Positions 10,172 through 19,492 of a DNA stretch of 29,139 nt are shown piece by piece. A program made the translations under genes and the position numbers. The stretch spans positions 1 to 29,139 of the forward strand of contig JBMORA010000008.1 in NCBI GenBank assembly GCA_049320885.1, written 5' to 3'. How positions within the stretch are numbered: position 1 is the stretch's first letter; every line of letters begins with the position of its first letter. Origin of the DNA: Thermodesulfobacteriota bacterium. Lineage in GTDB: Bacteria; Desulfobacterota; Desulfobacteria; Desulfobacterales; SURF-7. Under the pieces are notes generated by a model. The model saw nothing but the letters and a program-made list of their open reading frames with translations. It searched no databases and had not been told where the DNA came from.

Positions 10172-12474
10172 CTGGTTTGTCCTTTCCGTTCCATGGCCGC
10201 GGCTGCCACGGCCTGCCCCAGGGAAAGCCCTCCGTCGTTGCAGGGGACCTTGCGGTGGGTGTATACCAGGAAGCCTTCCCGTTCAAGGGCTTTCATCAAT
10301 CCGCCAAACAGGAGGAGGTTCTGGAACACCCCGCCGCTCAGGGCCACCCGGTTGATTCCGGTGTCCCGGCGCAGGTTTCCGCAGAGCTCCGTGAAGAGGG
10401 CGACCAGGGTGGCATGAAACTTCCCGCTGATGACGGCCTGCGGCGTTTGCTGTTGAACGTCCGCCACGATCCCCCGGACAATCGGCCCGAGGTCGATGCG
10501 ATGGGGAAGGCCGGGGCTCCAACCGAAGTCATAGCGGGTTTCCACACCGGCATCGGCGATCATTTCCAGTTCCATGGCGGCCTGTCCCTCAAAGCGCACC
10601 TGCTGCCGCAGGCCGACCAGGGCGGCCACGCCGTCGAACAGCCGCCCCAGGCTGGAGGTCAGCGGGCTGTTGACCGATCGTTCCATCATCCGCAGGATGA
10701 TGTGGCATTTTTCCGGCGCCAGGTTCCGCACCAGGGGGATATCCATATCCGGAAAACACCTTCCATGGGCGGCATACAGATAGGCCAGCGCCATTCTCCA
10801 CGGTTCCCGGACAGCGGCGGCGCTCCCGGGCATGGCCGCATACTGCAGATGGGCCAGGCGTTGGAAGCTCTCCGGACGGCAGAGCAGCACTTCTCCGCCC
10901 CAGATGCGGCCATCGCTGCCGTATCCGGTGCCATCGAACGCCAGACCGATGACCGGATCCGCAAGCCGGTTTTCAGCCATGCAGGCGACAATGTGTGCAT
11001 GGTGATGTTGAACCCCCACCCGCGGTTTGTCCATCCGGGCCAGGGCATAGCGGGTGCTGAGATAATCCGGGTGCAGGTCATGGGCGATCAGCTCCGGCTC
11101 GATGCGGAGAATCCGCTGCATATGCGCGATGGACTTCTCAAAAAAACGTTCCGTGATCTCGTTTTCCAGATCGCCGATATGCTGGCTGAGAAACGCCTGG
11201 TCCCCGCGGGTCAGGCAGACCGTGTTTTTCAATTCACCGCCGCAACCCAGGACGCAAGGCTGGGAATGCAGAAGGAATAGGGGTGCGGGGACAAACCCCC
11301 GGGAGCGCCGGATAAAACGCGGCGCCCCGGCGGCATGCCGCACAATGGAATCATCGCTCCGCAAATAGATGTCCCGGTTGTGCACCAGGAAATAATCGGC
11401 GATGCCGGCAAGGCGTTTGAAGGCCTCCTCGTTTTCCATGGCGATGGGTTCCTCGCTGCGGTTGCCGCTGGTCATGACAAGGGCCGTGAATCCATGGGAC
11501 AGCAGCAGGTAGTGAAGGGGCGTATACGGCAGCATGACGCCGAAATACCGGTTGCGGGGCGCCGTTTGCTCGGCGATGCCATGGGGATTCCGCTTGGTCA
11601 GCAGCACAATGGGCCGGGTAATGGAGCCGAGCAGGCGTTCCTCCTCGGCGGACATGTCCGCGAACAGGCGGATGGTTGCCGGATCCGGCGCCATGAGCGC
11701 GAAGGGTTTTTCTTCCCGCCGTTTGCGCCGGCGCAGTTTTTCCACGGCGGCGTTGTTGCGGGCGTCAACCGCCAGATGAAAGCCGCCCAGCCCCTTGACG
11801 GCCATCACAACACCGGTCTTCAGCAATCCGGCGGCTGCGGCAATGGGATCTTCCGCATCCATTTTTCCGCCGTCACGGTTCAACAGGGTCACCTGTGGGC
11901 CGCATTGCTTGCAGGCGTTGGGCTGGGCATGAAAGCGCCGGTCGGACGGATCGTCATATTCCGCCTGGCACAGCGCGCACATCCGGAAATGCCGCATGGA
12001 GGTGTGCGGCCGGTCGTAGGGAATATCGGCGATGATGGTATAACGCGGGCCGCAATTGGTGCAGTTGATGAACGGATAATGGAAACGGCGGTCGGACGGA
12101 TCGAACAATTCCCGCAGGCAATCGGCGCAGACCGCCACGTCCGGTGAAATCAGGGCGGGTCGTTCGGGCGGCACCCCCCGGCTTTCGGCAATGGAAAATG
12201 TAGCGAACGAACCGGTGGGCGGAAGGTTTTGTTCCTTGATATCGGTGATCTGGGATAAAGGCGGAGCAGACGCGAGCAGTTCCTTCCTGAAGTTGTCCAC
12301 CGATACGGCCGGGCCCTCGGCATGGATTTCGACCCCGTCCAGGGTATTGGCGACTTCCCCGACCAGCCCGTGGCGGGTCGCCAGTTGAAAGACAAACGGA
12401 CGGAACCCGACGCCTTGGACGATTCCGGCGATTTTCCATCGCCTGGCGATATGTCCCTGATCGGCCGGCGTCAT
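10168..12474 (-). CDS. hypF: Carbamoyltransferase HypF
   Basis: Acylphosphatase domain (GIVQGVGFRPFV), two zinc fingers (CADC..CTNC; CALC..CKQC), VKGLGGFHL, QHHHAH, DGTGYG and NDGGLSLGQ. Confidence 0.97.
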   Translation of the reverse strand: MTPADQGHIARRWKIAGIVQGVGFRPFVFQLATRHGLVGEVANTLDGVEIHAEGPAVSVDNFRKELLASAPPLSQITDIKEQNLPPTGSFATFSIAESRGVPPERPALISPDVAVCADCLRELFDPSDRRFHYPFINCTNCGPRYTIIADIPYDRPHTSMRHFRMCALCQAEYDDPSDRRFHAQPNACKQCGPQVTLLNRDGGKMDAEDPIAAAAGLLKTGVVMAVKGLGGFHLAVDARNNAAVEKLRRRKRREEKPFALMAPDPATIRLFADMSAEEERLLGSITRPIVLLTKRNPHGIAEQTAPRNRYFGVMLPYTPLHYLLLSHGFTALVMTSGNRSEEPIAMENEEAFKRLAGIADYFLVHNRDIYLRSDDSIVRHAAGAPRFIRRSRGFVPAPLFLLHSQPCVLGCGGELKNTVCLTRGDQAFLSQHIGDLENEITERFFEKSIAHMQRILRIEPELIAHDLHPDYLSTRYALARMDKPRVGVQHHHAHIVACMAENRLADPVIGLAFDGTGYGSDGRIWGGEVLLCRPESFQRLAHLQYAAMPGSAAAVREPWRMALAYLYAAHGRCFPDMDIPLVRNLAPEKCHIILRMMERSVNSPLTSSLGRLFDGVAALVGLRQQVRFEGQAAMELEMIADAGVETRYDFGWSPGLPHRIDLGPIVRGIVADVQQQTPQAVISGKFHATLVALFTELCGNLRRDTGINRVALSGGVFQNLLLFGGLMKALEREGFLVYTHRKVPCNDGGLSLGQAVAAAAMERKGQTR

Positions 12475-12535
12475 CGCTGGCTACTCCCGGCCGGCGGCAT
12501 GTGCCGGCGGGATTCCATGCCGGCTGCCGGAACCG

Positions 12536-12772
12536 TCAGCTTTCATCTTCTTTTTCAACCAGGGCCAGGGTTTCTTTCAGGATCTGCAGGGTTTCATACG
12601 CCGCAAGTTCATCAATTTTGTGGATGGCGAACCCGGCATGCACGATGACGTAATCGCCGATCCGGGGGTCTTCGATCATGAGCAGGCTGACTTCCCGTTT
12701 GACCCCGTCCACGTCGACGGTGCCCATGTCGTTATCAATCCGGATGATTCGGGAAGGAATGGCCAGACACAT
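12536..12772 (-). CDS. hypC: Hydrogenase assembly chaperone HypC
   Basis: Starts MCLAIP; contains GDYVIVHAGFAI. RBS AGGAG. Confidence 0.95.
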   Translation of the reverse strand: MCLAIPSRIIRIDNDMGTVDVDGVKREVSLLMIEDPRIGDYVIVHAGFAIHKIDELAAYETLQILKETLALVEKEDES

Positions 12773-13265
12773 GCGTTTGACTCCTCTGCCGATAGGAAAC
12801 CCCTGCCGCATCCAGCTCCGTCAGCACCATGCCGATCACCGGATCGATCTGGCGGCGCAGGGTTTCGGTCAATTCAATCCCCATGCTCTCGATATCCCCT
12901 GGTTCCGCTCCGACAATCACGGTCTCCGGGACTTTGTCCAGGGCCTGGCACATGGTCAGGGCCTCCAGCAAATCCACCTGATGCAATGAATTTTTGGCCC
13001 GCACCCTTTCCGGAATGGCCGCCCCGGCCAGACGATACCGGTCTCCCGGCCTGCCGTTGTTGCGGATGACGTCCACGACGATCAGGCGGTCCGCATCGGA
13101 TATGACCCCCAGCAGGTTCAACCCGAGCACGCCGCCGTCCATCAGGGTGACATTCTCCGGAAACTCATACCGTCTTTCAAGCTCCTCCACCACCCGGACG
13201 CCGAACCCCTCGTCCGTGTACAGGATGCAACCCACCCCCAGTATCAGGATTTGTTCCGCTGCCAT
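12735..13265 (-). CDS. Hydrogenase maturation endopeptidase (HyaD/HybD family)
   Basis: ILILGVGCILYTDEGFGVRVV, DGGVLG, IVVD and SLHQ motifs. ATG at 13265. Confidence 0.93.
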   Translation of the reverse strand: MAAEQILILGVGCILYTDEGFGVRVVEELERRYEFPENVTLMDGGVLGLNLLGVISDADRLIVVDVIRNNGRPGDRYRLAGAAIPERVRAKNSLHQVDLLEALTMCQALDKVPETVIVGAEPGDIESMGIELTETLRRQIDPVIGMVLTELDAAGVSYRQRSQTHVSGHSFPNHPD

Positions 13266-13295
13266 GATTGTTTTTACTCCGCTCCCGCTGGTTTG

Positions 13296-13342
13296 AAAAG
13301 AAAAAAATCCCCGCGCCGGCCCGTGAGACCGGCAGCGGGGAT
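13296..13342 (-). terminator. Intrinsic terminator/attenuator after the hydrogenase structural genes
   Basis: Stem ATCCCCGC-T-GCCGG / CCGGC-GCGGGGAT followed by a T-rich tract on the minus strand, just after the large-subunit stop. Confidence 0.75.
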
Positions 13343-13354
13343 CCCGTTCATCCG

Positions 13355-14998
13355 TCAAACAGCGCGAATCTTATAGACCTCATTGGAGCTCGGATCAATG
13401 ACATGGACGCCGCAGGCAATGCACGGATCAAAGGAATGCACGGTCCGGAGAACTTCCAGGGGCCGCTTGGGATCCGCCACCGGGGTGCCGATCAAGGCCT
13501 CCTCCAGGGGACCGGGCAGGCCCTTGTCACACCGGGGTCCCAGGTTCCAGGTGGAGGGAACCACATACTGGTAATTCTTGATCATGTTGTTTTCGATCTG
13601 GATCCAGTGCCCCAGCGAGCCCCGCGGCACATCATTCAGACCGACCCCCATGGCGGTTTTGGGCATTGTCCAGCTCTGGTAGGTCTTGATATTGCCGTTT
13701 TTTACATTGTCGAACAGCTGCATGATCCAGCCTTCCATGGCATTGCCGATGGCCGCGGTTTCAAGCCCCCGGGCGGCGGTCCGGCCAAGGGTGGAGAATA
13801 AGGCCGACACCGGAATATTCAGTTTCTGGAGGGTGCTGTCCACCAGGGGCTTGATGTCTTTATGCCCTTTGCCATAGGCCACCAGGACCCGCGCCAGGGG
13901 TCCGACTTCGCAGGCGGCCTCTTCATAGCGCGGCGCCTTGAACCAGGTATATTTTCCGGTTCCGGGTTTATAGTCGCCGGGTTTGGGCTTGGTTTCACCC
14001 TCGAAGGGATGCTTGGGCTTTCCTTCCTCGTACCAGCCGTATTTGACGTGTTCGGTGACCTTGGTCTGATCCGCGGGCTGAACAGCGCCCACCTCCCTGT
14101 TTCGGATCATGCCGCGGGGCATGTACAGGCTTTCCGGCTCATTTTCGGAAAGCGGGAAATCCCCCCAGCACAGGAAGTTGGCGGTGCCGCCGATGGCGCC
14201 CCATTCCTTGTAAAAGGAAGCCACCGCCAGGAGATCCGGGATATAGACATTGTTGACAAAATCCTGGGTTTCCTTCCACAGATACAGGAATTGCGCCAGC
14301 CGGTCCGGATTCAAATCCTGTACGGAGGTGACGCCCCCCACCACCAGGGATTGCAGATGCGGATTCTTGCCGCCGAATATGGCGTGCATCTTGGCGGCCC
14401 TGGCCTGGAGACGCAGGGCCTCAATGTAATGGGAGGCGGCCATCAGATTGGCCTCCGGGGTCAGTTTGTAGGCCGGATGCCCCCAATAGCCGTTGGCGAA
14501 AATACCGAGCTGGCCGCTGTCCACAAAGGTCTGGATGCGCTGCTGCACGTTTTGGAAATAGGCTTTTCCGCCCCAGGGGGCGTTGGAGACGCTTTCGGAC
14601 AGGGTGGAGGTCTTGGCCGGATCGGCCTTGAGGGCGCTGAGAATATCCACCCAATCCAGGGCATGCAGGTGGTAGAAATGAATGATATGGTCGTGCTGAA
14701 ACTGGGCTCCATGCAGGAGATTGCGGATGAGACGGGCGTTTTCCGGAATCTTGACGCCAACGGCGTTTTCAACTGCCCTCACCGAGGACAGGGCGTGGGT
14801 GTAGGTTCAGACACCGCAGGAGCGCTGCACGAAATGGTGGGCATCCCGGGGATCCCGCCCGATCAGAATCATTTCAATGCCCCGGAACATCTGCCCGGAA
14901 CTCCAGGCGTTGGTAACCTTGCCGTCCGCCACTTCCACCTCGACCCGCATATGTCCCTCGATACGCGTAATGGGGTCGATCATAATTCGTTTTGCCAT
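13355..14998 (-). CDS. hynB: Periplasmic [NiFe]-hydrogenase large subunit (Hyn/group 1b-like), 547 aa, with in-frame TGA (predicted Sec64) in the N-terminal CxxC motif
   Basis: ORFs 14807-15031 and 13355-14782 share one frame. Joined sequence: [16 protein letters not shown]...RDPRD...QRSCGV[TGA][15 protein letters not shown]...[10 protein letters not shown]...PRGSLGHW...VVPSTWN...[12 protein letters not shown] plus a 15-aa cleavable tail. RBS AGGAG before the ATG at 14998. hynA/hynB naming differs between species. Confidence 0.92.
14772..14796 (-). promoter_or_regulatory. Candidate bacterial SECIS hairpin
   Basis: Begins 11 nt after the UGA: AC-GCCCU [GUCCUCGGUG] AGGGC-(A)-GU. The apical loop starts with G, 17 nt after the UGA. 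Confidence 0.65.
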
Positions 14999-15070
14999 AG
15001 AGACTCCTTTTTCTAAAGGAAGTTGTTTCACTGAAAGAATTTGTATCCAAGTTGCCCGGCCGGAGTAGAC

Positions 15071-16012
15071 TTACATCTCCTTGTAGAAAGGCGTCATTTC
15101 ATCCCAGAAATTGGGCTGACTGCAGCCGATGCAGGGATGACCGGCCTGTACCGGCCAGCTGGTGCCGCCGTTGAATTTGGCCGTGGGGCAGTTGTTGTAA
15201 GTTTCCGGGCCGCGGCAGCCGAGTTTGTACAGACAGTATCCCATGACCGCCTCCTCGGAGCCGAATTCCGTCACGAATTCATCATTTTCGAAATGTGACC
15301 GCCGCGGACACTGGTCGTGGACGGTTTTTCCATAGGCGAACAAAGGCCGCCCCAGGTTGTCGATTTCCGGAAGCTTGCCGAGGAGGATATAATTGACGAT
15401 GCTGCCGATAAGATTGAGCGGATTCGGTGGGCAGCCGGGTATATTGAGGGTCTTGATTCCAATGGCCTCACCAACGCCCTTGTATCCTCCGGGATTGGGT
15501 TTGGCGGCCTGAATGCCGCCGAAACAGGCGCAGGTTCCCTGACAAATGACGGCTTTGGCCTTGGGGCAGATATCCTTGGCGATCTCCAGGAAAGTGCGGT
15601 CCGAGAATTTCCCGTAAATCCCATTGTCTTTTGTGGCGATGGCCCCTTCCACCACACAGATGAATTCCCCTTCATAACGTTTCACCGAAGACCGCAACAC
15701 TTCCTCGGCCTGCTGTCCGGCGGGCGCCATGATGGTTTCGTGATATTCCACGGAAAGGATATCCAGCACCAACTCGTCCACCCAGGGATACATGGTGCGG
15801 ATCATGGCCTCCGAGCAGCCGGTGCACTCGCCGAAATGGAGCCAGATTACCGGCGGCCGTTGTTTGGGGGCGGCAAAGACCTCCGCCACCCCGGCCACAT
15901 GGGATGCGGAAAGCCCCATGGTGGCGGTCAGAAATGTGCAGAACTTCATGAAATCTCTTCGGGAGACTCCCTTGCTTTCCAATTTTTCAAAAAACTCTTT
16001 TTCCCTGCCCAT
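15071..16012 (-). CDS. hynA: Periplasmic [NiFe]-hydrogenase small subunit with Tat signal
   Basis: Twin-arginine motif SRRDFMKFC. Proximal cluster ECTGC, GTC, GCPP; distal HDQCPR..CLYKLGC; medial NNCP..WPVQAGHPCIGC (Pro, so [3Fe-4S] type). No C-terminal membrane anchor. RBS AAGGAGG. Confidence 0.96.
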   Translation of the reverse strand: MGREKEFFEKLESKGVSRRDFMKFCTFLTATMGLSASHVAGVAEVFAAPKQRPPVIWLHFGECTGCSEAMIRTMYPWVDELVLDILSVEYHETIMAPAGQQAEEVLRSSVKRYEGEFICVVEGAIATKDNGIYGKFSDRTFLEIAKDICPKAKAVICQGTCACFGGIQAAKPNPGGYKGVGEAIGIKTLNIPGCPPNPLNLIGSIVNYILLGKLPEIDNLGRPLFAYGKTVHDQCPRRSHFENDEFVTEFGSEEAVMGYCLYKLGCRGPETYNNCPTAKFNGGTSWPVQAGHPCIGCSQPNFWDEMTPFYKEM

Positions 16013-16173
16013 CGGCACCTCCTTCACAGGCAAAACAGGTTGTCATCATTGAGATCTTGTCGGGGGAAACCCTCCTTTCATGGCTTGATTTTCCGGGTTC
16101 AACCATAAGGGTGTTGATATCGAAGTGGCTATATCCGTTGGATAATGGCGGTTTTTTCCAAGACAGGAATATG

Positions 16174-16791
16174 TCAGCGAATGAAAACGGTGGCGACGAA
16201 GAAAACCGATCCCCCGTTATCAATAAACACATTCAAGTAGGGAGCATCGCCGCTTGTTCGAATAACCGGCGCCAGGTCCAGGATGCCGCTGGTATCGCTG
16301 GTGGTGTGGAGCAGGGTCTTCATATCGGCGGACTGAATAAAAAGAGCTTCGCCGGGGGCTGGCTCCGGACTTCCGCAAGACGCCACCTTGCCGGTTCTGA
16401 TCGTGCCGGTTTTCTGTACGGTTTCGTTCCGGCTTTTTTCAAATGCGCTCATGATCAGGGGCTGGCCGATCCTTGGAAAGACGAGTGCAAGGGGTGCCGA
16501 TACAGTCGCGGCCATGCCCGCAGCTTCGTCCCGGGGATCGCGGGAGACGGTCAACTCTTCCATCTCTTCGGCGCAATAGGGCCGTTTGGTCAACAGATAC
16601 CGCTGATCACTCCGGGGCATCGGCTTCAGGTTGAAAAGATACCCGACTGTTTCTCCCATGACTTTTTTCCCCTGCATGGTTTTCACCGGCTGGGCGGACG
16701 GTTTTCCCAAACCGGCGCAACCGGTCAACAAAAGGAGGATGCTCACGGCTGTAAAAGCTGAAACAAATGATTTACCATGTCCGATCATCAT
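16174..16791 (-). CDS. Hypothetical lipoprotein
   Basis: Signal peptide with lipobox LLTGC. RBS AGGA. No recognised domain. Confidence 0.75.
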   Translation of the reverse strand: MMIGHGKSFVSAFTAVSILLLLTGCAGLGKPSAQPVKTMQGKKVMGETVGYLFNLKPMPRSDQRYLLTKRPYCAEEMEELTVSRDPRDEAAGMAATVSAPLALVFPRIGQPLIMSAFEKSRNETVQKTGTIRTGKVASCGSPEPAPGEALFIQSADMKTLLHTTSDTSGILDLAPVIRTSGDAPYLNVFIDNGGSVFFVATVFIR

Positions 16792-16827
16792 GACGATTTC
16801 CTTTCCTGGAGTTGGCCGGCCGAAGCC

Positions 16828-17646
16828 TCAGAAGACCGGCCGCATGCCCCTCGCCTTCATGATTTCAATTCCGCGTTTTGACAATCCGAAATTAATCACG
16901 GACTTTGCGCGTCCCGCCGGTTCCCCTTTGGTGGCAAACGAATAGGTCTGAATTATGGGGTAGTCTTTGTCCGCGGTGGAAAATCCATTAATCTTTATGA
17001 TCTTGATGCTTTGATCACCGGCCAGCACCCCCTTGGAAACAAACGAAATGGAACCCGGCACGTACTTGATCGCCTCCACGGCAACGGTGCTGTCATACGC
17101 CATGAAATGATACTTCATTTCGTTGACCCGCATGATCATATCCCTGAAATTCTGGGTAACCCCCTCCTTCTCGCTGGGAATGATGACGATGATGTCCTTG
17201 TCCGCGCCGCCCAGCTCTTTCCAATTGGTGATCTGGCCGCTGAAAATACCCCGTACCTGCTTCTCCGACAAATTGTCGATATCGCAGGGCTGGGTCAAGG
17301 TGCACTGGGCGTTGGTGATCAGGGCGACGGGATCCTGGCAGAACGGGATTTCCACAAAACCGCTTGCTTTCATCTGTCCGGGAATGGGCCGATCGACCAC
17401 CGCCAGATCGCTGACACCGTTCATCAGGCGCTGCAGGACGGTTTCGTTCGGACCGGTATACACCTGCGCGGAGACTCCGGTCAGGGCTTCAAATTCCTTG
17501 GCGACACCCCGCCCGTATGCATCCGCGATCTGGGAAGAAGCGGCGAACCGGATTGTTTCCCCGGCGGCGACGGCTGGAACCACCGCCAGGCTTGCCGCCA
17601 TCGTCAATGCATAGAGACACATCAGAATAACGATATTCCGCCGCAT
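16828..17646 (-). CDS. PstS-like periplasmic substrate-binding protein (PBP domain)
   Basis: Signal peptide; LSEKQVRGIFSGQITNWKELGGADKDI and YPI motifs typical of the PstS/PBP family. RBS GAGGAG before the ATG at 17646. Confidence 0.85.
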   Translation of the reverse strand: MRRNIVILMCLYALTMAASLAVVPAVAAGETIRFAASSQIADAYGRGVAKEFEALTGVSAQVYTGPNETVLQRLMNGVSDLAVVDRPIPGQMKASGFVEIPFCQDPVALITNAQCTLTQPCDIDNLSEKQVRGIFSGQITNWKELGGADKDIIVIIPSEKEGVTQNFRDMIMRVNEMKYHFMAYDSTVAVEAIKYVPGSISFVSKGVLAGDQSIKIIKINGFSTADKDYPIIQTYSFATKGEPAGRAKSVINFGLSKRGIEIMKARGMRPVF

Positions 17647-17846
17647 TGTGTTTCTCCTCATAGGTGTGCGTGTTAAAAGTGCCGCCAAGCGACAATGTCG
17701 TGGCTACCATCAGGGTTTTCTTCGACCGGCCGGAGAAGATGATCGTCATGGAAAGCAGGCCAGGGCCGTCAGTTCGTTACCTTTTACCATGATCATGCCG
17801 CATGTGCAAGAGGTCGTTTTTCCATCAGTCCTCACCATGCCGCTCG

Positions 17847-18434
17847 TTACCGGGTAGAAAGCCACCCATGCCGAAATTCGCGGCATCGCAGGCTTTCATA
17901 CAGAGCGATGCCGGCGGCGGTCGACAGGTTGAGGCTCCGGACGGCCCGGGTGGTGGGAATGAAAAACAGGGCTTCGGGGAACTGCTGGAGAACCGAATCC
18001 GGCAATCCCGCCGTTTCGGATCCGAAAATCAGAAAAAGCCGCTTCTTTTGGGGAATTTCCCGAAAGGAGCGCAACCCGTTCTTGGTGAAAACCGCTACTT
18101 CCCCGCTGTCCGGCCGAATGGCATCCAGAAAATCCGCCACCGAATCCCAGACCCGCAGTTTCACCCGCGGCCAATAATCCAGGCCGGCCCGCTTCACTTC
18201 CCGGCTGCCCAGGGAAAATCCAAGGGGTTTGATCAGATGGAGCCAGGCGTCCACCGCCATGCAGGTCCGCCCGATATTGCCGGTATTCCAATGCACCTGC
18301 GGCGCCACCAGCACCACATGGCGCTCGAAGGCTCCCGGGCCGGCTGTTTCCGCCCGGGTTTCCGGCTCCAGCCCGTCAAAGCCTCCTGATGGTTGCTCAG
18401 GCGGTTGAGTCAGCGTCCCGCTCCTTTTCAGCAT
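17847..18434 (-). CDS. trmL: tRNA (cytidine/uridine-34 2'-O)-methyltransferase, SpoU family
   Basis: VVLVAPQVHWNTGNIGRTC, LHLIKPLGF, KRAGLDYW, FGSETAGL and RSLNLS. Start codon uncertain. Confidence 0.88.
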   Translation of the reverse strand: MLKRSGTLTQPPEQPSGGFDGLEPETRAETAGPGAFERHVVLVAPQVHWNTGNIGRTCMAVDAWLHLIKPLGFSLGSREVKRAGLDYWPRVKLRVWDSVADFLDAIRPDSGEVAVFTKNGLRSFREIPQKKRLFLIFGSETAGLPDSVLQQFPEALFFIPTTRAVRSLNLSTAAGIALYESLRCREFRHGWLSTR

Positions 18435-19155
18435 CCGGCTTTTTTCCGAAGATCCGGGCACCGACGATGCTGATTTCATACAGCAGCATCATGGGAATGG
18501 CCATCATGGTCTGGGAAACAACATCCGGCGGTGTCAGAATGGCGGCGACGATGAAAATCAGAAGGATCGCGTATTTTCTGTTTTTTTTCAGAAAATCGAC
18601 CGTCACCAGTCCGAAGCGTGCCAGACAGGTGATCACCAGCGGGAGCTCGAATGTCAGACCGAATACCAGCAACATGGTGGCGGCAAAACCGAGATACTCC
18701 CGCATGGACGGCATGGCCTTGATGGTTTCCGACTGAAAGCCCAGAAAAAACTCGAACCCCACCGGAAAAACGAAAAAATAGCCGAAAAGGGCGCCGCCGA
18801 TGAAAAACAGGGTGGACAAGACGACCACCGGCATCAGAATACGGCGTTCGGTTTTGTACAGCCCCGGGGCCACGAACATCCAGAACTCAAAAATGATCAC
18901 CGGCGAAGCCAGCATGACGCCCACTATAAAAGCGGTTTTCAAATAAGTGAAAAAGGCCTCGGCCAGACCCGTGAAGATCAGGGTGTCGCCTTTTCCCATG
19001 ACCGCCACCAGGGGACGGGTTAAAATATCGAACAGTTTTTCCTTGTACAGATAAGCGCCGGTGAAACCGATGCCAACGGCGATCAGGCATCGGATCAGTC
19101 GTGTCCGGAGCTCTTCCAGGTGGGCGGTAAACGGGAGTTTATCGTCTTCATTCAT
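18397..19155 (-). CDS. tatC: Twin-arginine translocase subunit TatC
   Basis: [32 protein letters not shown] and LLYEISI. Confidence 0.97.
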   Translation of the reverse strand: MNEDDKLPFTAHLEELRTRLIRCLIAVGIGFTGAYLYKEKLFDILTRPLVAVMGKGDTLIFTGLAEAFFTYLKTAFIVGVMLASPVIIFEFWMFVAPGLYKTERRILMPVVVLSTLFFIGGALFGYFFVFPVGFEFFLGFQSETIKAMPSMREYLGFAATMLLVFGLTFELPLVITCLARFGLVTVDFLKKNRKYAILLIFIVAAILTPPDVVSQTMMAIPMMLLYEISIVGARIFGKKPDAEKERDADSTA

Positions 19156-19492
19156 GGGGCGGGCTTTCCGGCTTCGACGGCTCCTTGGGCGGATTTTCCG
19201 TTGCGCCAGCCTCCGGGGTCCCGGGATTGGAATCCAGCGGGTTTTCCTGCCGTTCCGGTATGTTCAACGCGGTAAAGGCCGGATCTTTCTTGGCGCTGTC
19301 ATAGAGATCCGGTTGGTGATGGCGGTCCTCGCCGTCTAGATGGAAGGATTCTTTCAACTCGGTGGTCGCCCTTCGGAATTCTCCAAAGGCGCGTCCCAGG
19401 GATTTGGCCAGATCGGGCAATTTCTTGGGCCCGATCACGATCAATGCAACCACCAGGATCAACAACATTTCCGGCATGCCGATTCCGAACAT
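19148..19492 (-). CDS. tatB: Twin-arginine translocase TatA/TatB-family subunit (TatB-like)
   Basis: [33 protein letters not shown]; directly upstream of tatC. Confidence 0.85.
   Translation of the reverse strand: MFGIGMPEMLLILVVALIVIGPKKLPDLAKSLGRAFGEFRRATTELKESFHLDGEDRHHQPDLYDSAKKDPAFTALNIPERQENPLDSNPGTPEAGATENPPKEPSKPESPPHE

Noticed and set aside
14807..15031. 74-aa ORF as a separate gene, or the large subunit as a plain pseudogene
   Set aside because: It is in frame with the downstream ORF, the stop falls exactly on a conserved Cys, a SECIS-like stem follows and there is no other decay. A point nonsense mutation or sequencing error is less likely but not excluded.
15500..15580. Extra Cys in the small subunit (GTCACFGG) as an O2-tolerant [4Fe-3S] cluster signature
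   Set aside because: The supernumerary Cys positions of group 1d (CxCC and the Cys five residues after GxC) are Gly here.
17647..17846. Riboswitch in the leader of the PstS-like gene (ATGGTAGCC resembles part of the c-di-GMP-I motif)
   Set aside because: The GCAAAC/GAAA/GCAAAG core elements are missing. An Rfam scan would settle it.
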